A program made the position numbers and the translations under genes. 52,791 nt of DNA from Oligoflexales bacterium. GTDB lineage: Bacteria; Bdellovibrionota_B; Oligoflexia; Oligoflexales; CAIYRB01. How positions within the stretch are numbered: the stretch's first letter is position 1; the number at the start of each line of letters is the position of its first letter. Below the pieces are notes generated by a model that was given only the letters and a program-made list of their open reading frames with translations, did not search any database and was not told the origin of the DNA. Shown piece after piece: positions 49,134 through 52,791 of the stretch. The stretch covers positions 1-52,791 of the forward strand of contig JBGSUI010000215.1 of assembly GCA_041736175.1 (NCBI GenBank), read 5' to 3'.

Positions 49134-50201
49134 CTAGCAGCAGGCTCCTCCTGGCCCACAGACGGCCGCTGGCCCCTCTGAGGTTTGGCCCGCGGGGGTG
49201 GGGCCACAGGGAAACAGACCAAAATGGGTTGTAGGTTCCCCCACCACTTTAAAGTGAGGTCCAAATCTAGTCTTGGCGAGCATATCTTCCGTATTACGGC
49301 ACACAGCCATCGGACGGCCGGTTTCAAAAAAGTGGTGGTCATCCAGCATAAAACCGTGGGGACATCCCGGAATGGTCCCTTGGTAGTAGGCTACCTGGCC
49401 ATAATCTTCACAGCGATCTTCCAGATCAAGGTTAAAAATACGGTGGGTGACCGAATAAAACCGGGCCATGCCCACTTTTCTATGGATATCTGGATCCACG
49501 AGATCAATAGGTGTCTGGACGATCTTGCGAAAATCTCTGATATTTAGTTTTTCCATGATCCGCCTAAAGTCTTCAATATAAAGGGCCCCTCCGAGGCATT
49601 CCCCTAACAAAACAGGATCCTCATGACAGAATGGGGGAAGGCGACGATCCACGTAAACATCAGAAAAATACATCTCCCCACCCTTCTTTAGGGCTCTGAG
49701 GACCTCAGACATCACCCTGGATTTTTCGGGAGAGAGGTTTATGACACAATTAGAGACCACCACATCGATGGAATGGGGCTCGATTCCCGCTCCTGCCAAA
49801 TCCTCGATATAGCCTTGGATAAATTCCACATTCGAAGTCTTATAGCCAAAGGCTTGTGCATGATATTCCCGGTGCCGTTGGGCCACGGCGAGCTGTTCGG
49901 ACGTCATATCGATTCCAATGACTTTGCCCTTCGGTCCCACAAGCTTTGATAGAATATAGGCATCTCGACCGCTGCCACACCCCAAGTCAAGGACCGTGCA
50001 CCCCTCCAGATGGGGTGGAATCACAAGCCCACAGCCGTAGAATTTTTCCCGCACCTCAGCATGGAGCATACTATTGATTGTTGACAAAGCTTGAGGCAAA
50101 AGATCGGCACTGCAACAGGCCGAGGTTTTAAGGTCCTTAGAGTTTCCAAGCACCTTGCCATAATAGGTCTTGACCATATCGAGGGTTGTTTTAGAGTTCA
50201 C
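49134..50201 (-). CDS. arsM: Arsenite S-adenosylmethionine methyltransferase
   Basis: YYG...LKTSACC, FYGCG, LDLGCGSGRD, SNCVINL, GECLGGALY, CEDYGQ, C-terminal GACC; AAGGA RBS before GTG 50201. Confidence 0.88.
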   Translation of the reverse strand: MNSKTTLDMVKTYYGKVLGNSKDLKTSACCSADLLPQALSTINSMLHAEVREKFYGCGLVIPPHLEGCTVLDLGCGSGRDAYILSKLVGPKGKVIGIDMTSEQLAVAQRHREYHAQAFGYKTSNVEFIQGYIEDLAGAGIEPHSIDVVVSNCVINLSPEKSRVMSEVLRALKKGGEMYFSDVYVDRRLPPFCHEDPVLLGECLGGALYIEDFRRIMEKLNIRDFRKIVQTPIDLVDPDIHRKVGMARFYSVTHRIFNLDLEDRCEDYGQVAYYQGTIPGCPHGFMLDDHHFFETGRPMAVCRNTEDMLAKTRFGPHFKVVGEPTTHFGLFPCGPTPAGQTSEGPAAVCGPGGACC

Positions 50202-50304
50202 TATCGGTTCCTTTACACGCACTCAAGGGGCTTTTAAAGCTTTGTACAATGAGTCTACAACACCATAAACAAGTCTCTTAAGCAATACAATAAGGAGTCT
50301 GATC

Positions 50305-51324
50305 ATGAAATGCGGGACAGGTGCATCACGAGACTTTGATTTTAAACAATATCTCCACAAGCGAAATATTGATCTTTCGCCAATATCCGTCGAAATCCTA
50401 CAACTCAATATCACTCGCCTCTGCAACCAAGCCTGCGTCCACTGCCACGTAGACGCCTCCCCAAGGCGAAGGGAGATGATGACGGATGCAGTCTTAGACC
50501 ATTGCTTAGAGGTCTTACGGTTACACCCTGGCATTAAAACTCTCGACATCACGGGTGGAGCCCCCGAGCTTCACCCTCGATTTCAAAACTTAGTCACGGA
50601 AGCCCGTAGTCTTGGAAAGCGGGTCATCGTGCGCCACAATCTGACTGTCACCCTTGATCCCCATCCCCTCACTCAAGAGAGCATGGCTTATCTACCAGCC
50701 TTTTTCGCCGACCAGGGCGTCGAGGTGATTTCATCCCTGCCATGCTACCAGCAGGAGCGAACGGACCAGCAACGGGGCGGAGGTGTCTTTGAAAAAAGCA
50801 TTCAGAGCTTGAAGCTGCTCAACACCCAAGGTTACGGTAAGGCCGATACAGGTCCTATTCTTAATTTGGTTTACAATCCAGTGGGCGCCTTTCTGCCCCC
50901 TGCTCAAGAGTCTCTGGAACGGGACTATAAGCGAGAGCTCGCGGCCAAGTTCTCCATCGAATTCAACCACCTCCTAGCCATCACCAATATGCCCATCCAC
51001 CGTTTTAAGGCACAACTCGTCAGGCTCAAATCCTATGAAGACTACATGCAAACTCTCGTCGCTGCGTTTAATACTGATGCCGCTCAGGGAGTCATGTGCC
51101 GCTCCCTTGTGAGTGTAGCTTGGGATGGGATTCTCTACGATTGCGATTTTAATCAGATGCTGGGTCTGCCGATCCGCCAACAGGAAAATCCGACAACAAT
51201 CTTTGACTTTAACGAAAGGAGTCTCAAAGCCCGCCAACTCGTCTTTGGCAGCCATTGTTTTGGCTGTACTGCGGGGGCAGGCTCAAGCTGTCTCGGCAAG
51301 ACCACGGCTCACGAGCCCATTTGA
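50305..51324 (+). CDS. arsS: Arsenosugar biosynthesis radical SAM protein (DUF3641 C-terminus)
   Basis: CNQACVHCHVDASP, DITGGAPE, LVYNP.G.FLPP.Q, YDCDFNQML, HCFGCTAGAGSSC. Confidence 0.92.
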   Translation: MKCGTGASRDFDFKQYLHKRNIDLSPISVEILQLNITRLCNQACVHCHVDASPRRREMMTDAVLDHCLEVLRLHPGIKTLDITGGAPELHPRFQNLVTEARSLGKRVIVRHNLTVTLDPHPLTQESMAYLPAFFADQGVEVISSLPCYQQERTDQQRGGGVFEKSIQSLKLLNTQGYGKADTGPILNLVYNPVGAFLPPAQESLERDYKRELAAKFSIEFNHLLAITNMPIHRFKAQLVRLKSYEDYMQTLVAAFNTDAAQGVMCRSLVSVAWDGILYDCDFNQMLGLPIRQQENPTTIFDFNERSLKARQLVFGSHCFGCTAGAGSSCLGKTTAHEPI

Positions 51325-51336
51325 CGGGAGAATGAT

Positions 51337-52047
51337 GTGCAACATCAAGAGCTGGATGTATCGATTTCTGTCGTGATCCCCATCGCAGAGGGAGACCAGT
51401 CATGGGAGGATCTCCTATCAGACTTGTCAGCTCTCAATCAAAAGGACGAAGTCCTATGTGTGGTCACTTCTCCTGCGACAAAAATCGCGGAGTCCCTTAA
51501 GTCTCTACCATGCCCATCCCAGGTCATTCAAAGCCCGCCGGGCCGCGCCATTCAGCTCAATCGGGGCGCTCAGCGAGCAGCTAAAACCTTTGTTTGGTTC
51601 TTGCACTGCGACTCAAGGATTTCCAAGTCTGGAATCGAGGCCATGGGCGCGGCCCTTGCCCAAGACCCCCAGGGGTTTTATTTCTATGACCTTAGGTTTT
51701 TAAAGGACGGTCCCAAACTCATGGGGCTTACGGAGCTGGGTACCTTGTTTCGCTCGCGGATCTTGCGTCTCCCTTTTGGTGATCAGGGGTTTATCATGTC
51801 TCTAGAAACTTTTAAAACCCTTGGAGGATTTAGCGAGACCGCTGCCTACGGCGAAGACCATCTTCTTGTTTGGCGCGCCCATCACATGGGGATTAAACTC
51901 AAAACCATTGGAGCATCTCTTTATACCAGTGCCCGACGCTATCGTGTTCACGGTTGGAGACAAACAACCGTTTACCATCTTAAGCTGACCATCCAGCAGG
52001 CGTGGCCCCAACTTTTAAAACTAGCATGTGCCAGGAGGCGCCCATGA
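51337..52047 (+). CDS. GT2-family glycosyltransferase (TIGR04283-like, arsS-associated)
   Basis: ISVVIP, GRAIQLNRGA, FLHCD, LPFGDQG, GGF, ED, TSARRY. Confidence 0.85.
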   Translation: MQHQELDVSISVVIPIAEGDQSWEDLLSDLSALNQKDEVLCVVTSPATKIAESLKSLPCPSQVIQSPPGRAIQLNRGAQRAAKTFVWFLHCDSRISKSGIEAMGAALAQDPQGFYFYDLRFLKDGPKLMGLTELGTLFRSRILRLPFGDQGFIMSLETFKTLGGFSETAAYGEDHLLVWRAHHMGIKLKTIGASLYTSARRYRVHGWRQTTVYHLKLTIQQAWPQLLKLACARRRP

Positions 52048-52766
52048 GGTTAGACGGAGCTCTTGTGATTTTTGTCAAAACACCCGGCCTTTCGCCGGTA
52101 AAAACGCGGCTTGCCAGCTCCACCGGCAAAGCGGTGGCAGAGGATTTCTTCCACCGGAGCCTTGCGGCTACTGGGGCTTATGCAAAAGCGGTTTGCGACT
52201 GGACTTCGGGACTCACCGTGTATTGGGCCGTCGCTGAACGGGATGGATTGGGTTCGCCCTTATGGTCTCACTTTCCCGTCATCTTTCAGGGCGAAGGCGG
52301 CCTTGGGGATCGCCTAGACAGAGTTTATAAGGAAATACGAGAGCGCCACGATTTCGCCTGTTTTATAGGATCTGATTCCCCACATCTATTGCCTCGCCAG
52401 TTAGAGGCGGCGATAAGGGCTACCGCACGCTCTAGGGACACAGGCTTCACCATGGGTGAAACCAGCGATGGAGGTTTCTATTTTTTTGGTGGGGGCCTTC
52501 CGATCCCTTCCACGGTATGGACCTCTGTGATCTATAGTAGCTCCACGACGGCAAGCGCGCTTTCCACACATCTCCGTCCCCTTGGTGGCGTGCAGACTCT
52601 TCCCAAAGATTTTGATATCGACACCCTGGATGACCTGCAGCGCTTGGCCGCCCTCCCTCTCAGTCAAATGCTCCCTGAACAGGTAAGCTTGATTCGCTGG
52701 GCTCGGACCTACCTTGGGTCGATCGCCACTTCCCGCGGCATAAACCCCAGCCAGTCACCTGGATAG
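52044..52766 (+). CDS. DUF2064 / TIGR04282-like glycosyltransferase A-fold protein
   Basis: IFVKTPG..PVKTRLA, QGEGGLGDRL, IGSDSP, DGGFY, DID..DDL; AGGAGG RBS and ATGA overlap with the upstream gene. Confidence 0.85.
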   Translation: MRLDGALVIFVKTPGLSPVKTRLASSTGKAVAEDFFHRSLAATGAYAKAVCDWTSGLTVYWAVAERDGLGSPLWSHFPVIFQGEGGLGDRLDRVYKEIRERHDFACFIGSDSPHLLPRQLEAAIRATARSRDTGFTMGETSDGGFYFFGGGLPIPSTVWTSVIYSSSTTASALSTHLRPLGGVQTLPKDFDIDTLDDLQRLAALPLSQMLPEQVSLIRWARTYLGSIATSRGINPSQSPG

Positions 52767-52791
52767 TTCGCATTTTTCACAGAGTCGGAGG

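Noticed and set aside
51322..51350. arsS and the GT2 gene are in the same frame, separated by one TGA followed by a small hairpin (TGATGT-GCA-ACATCA): possible Sec readthrough fusion
   Set aside because: The TGA is not at a conserved Cys position, the hairpin is short and close for a bacterial SECIS, GGGAG + GTG 51337 gives an independent start, and same-frame adjacency happens one time in three by chance
84..52667. Numerous 60-155 aa ORFs overlapping the called genes
   Set aside because: Antisense or alternate-frame shadows of well-supported CDSs, with no independent motifs

Overview
Bacterial chromosomal window. Gene content (DUF1592/DUF1552 pair, RdgC-like orphan, HNH protein with a long helical N-terminus, many orphan lipoproteins, flagellin) suggests Bdellovibrionota/Oligoflexia or a related deltaproteobacteria-like lineage; this is inference. 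Housekeeping genes: ptrB, prmA-rsmE-dus, Smr protein, mtnD, YihY family, rlmD, flagellin. Accessory blocks: (i) a divergent chemotaxis locus with two MCPs, CheA, CheW and a CheR-REC-CheB fusion; (ii) a two-gene unit ending in a putative MACPF/CDC-like pore-forming protein with two tandem LecA/PA-IL-like lectin domains; (iii) a glycoside-hydrolase-like lipoprotein gene bracketed by 18-bp direct repeats; (iv) a variable region at 33.8-37.4 kb with a HEPN + BolA-like pair, an orphan MbcA/Xre-type antitoxin, an HNH nuclease and a resolvase HTH remnant; (v) an RCC1 beta-propeller gene with a C19 tract that puts its best start codon out of frame; (vi) selU-selD; (vii) an arsM/aquaporin + arsS/two-glycosyltransferase arsenosugar-type cluster. 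Five GG-N10-GC sigma54-type promoters all precede exported proteins of unknown or putatively lytic function. No rRNA, tRNA, CRISPR array or intact transposase was recognised. All family calls come from motif recognition by eye, not database searches.
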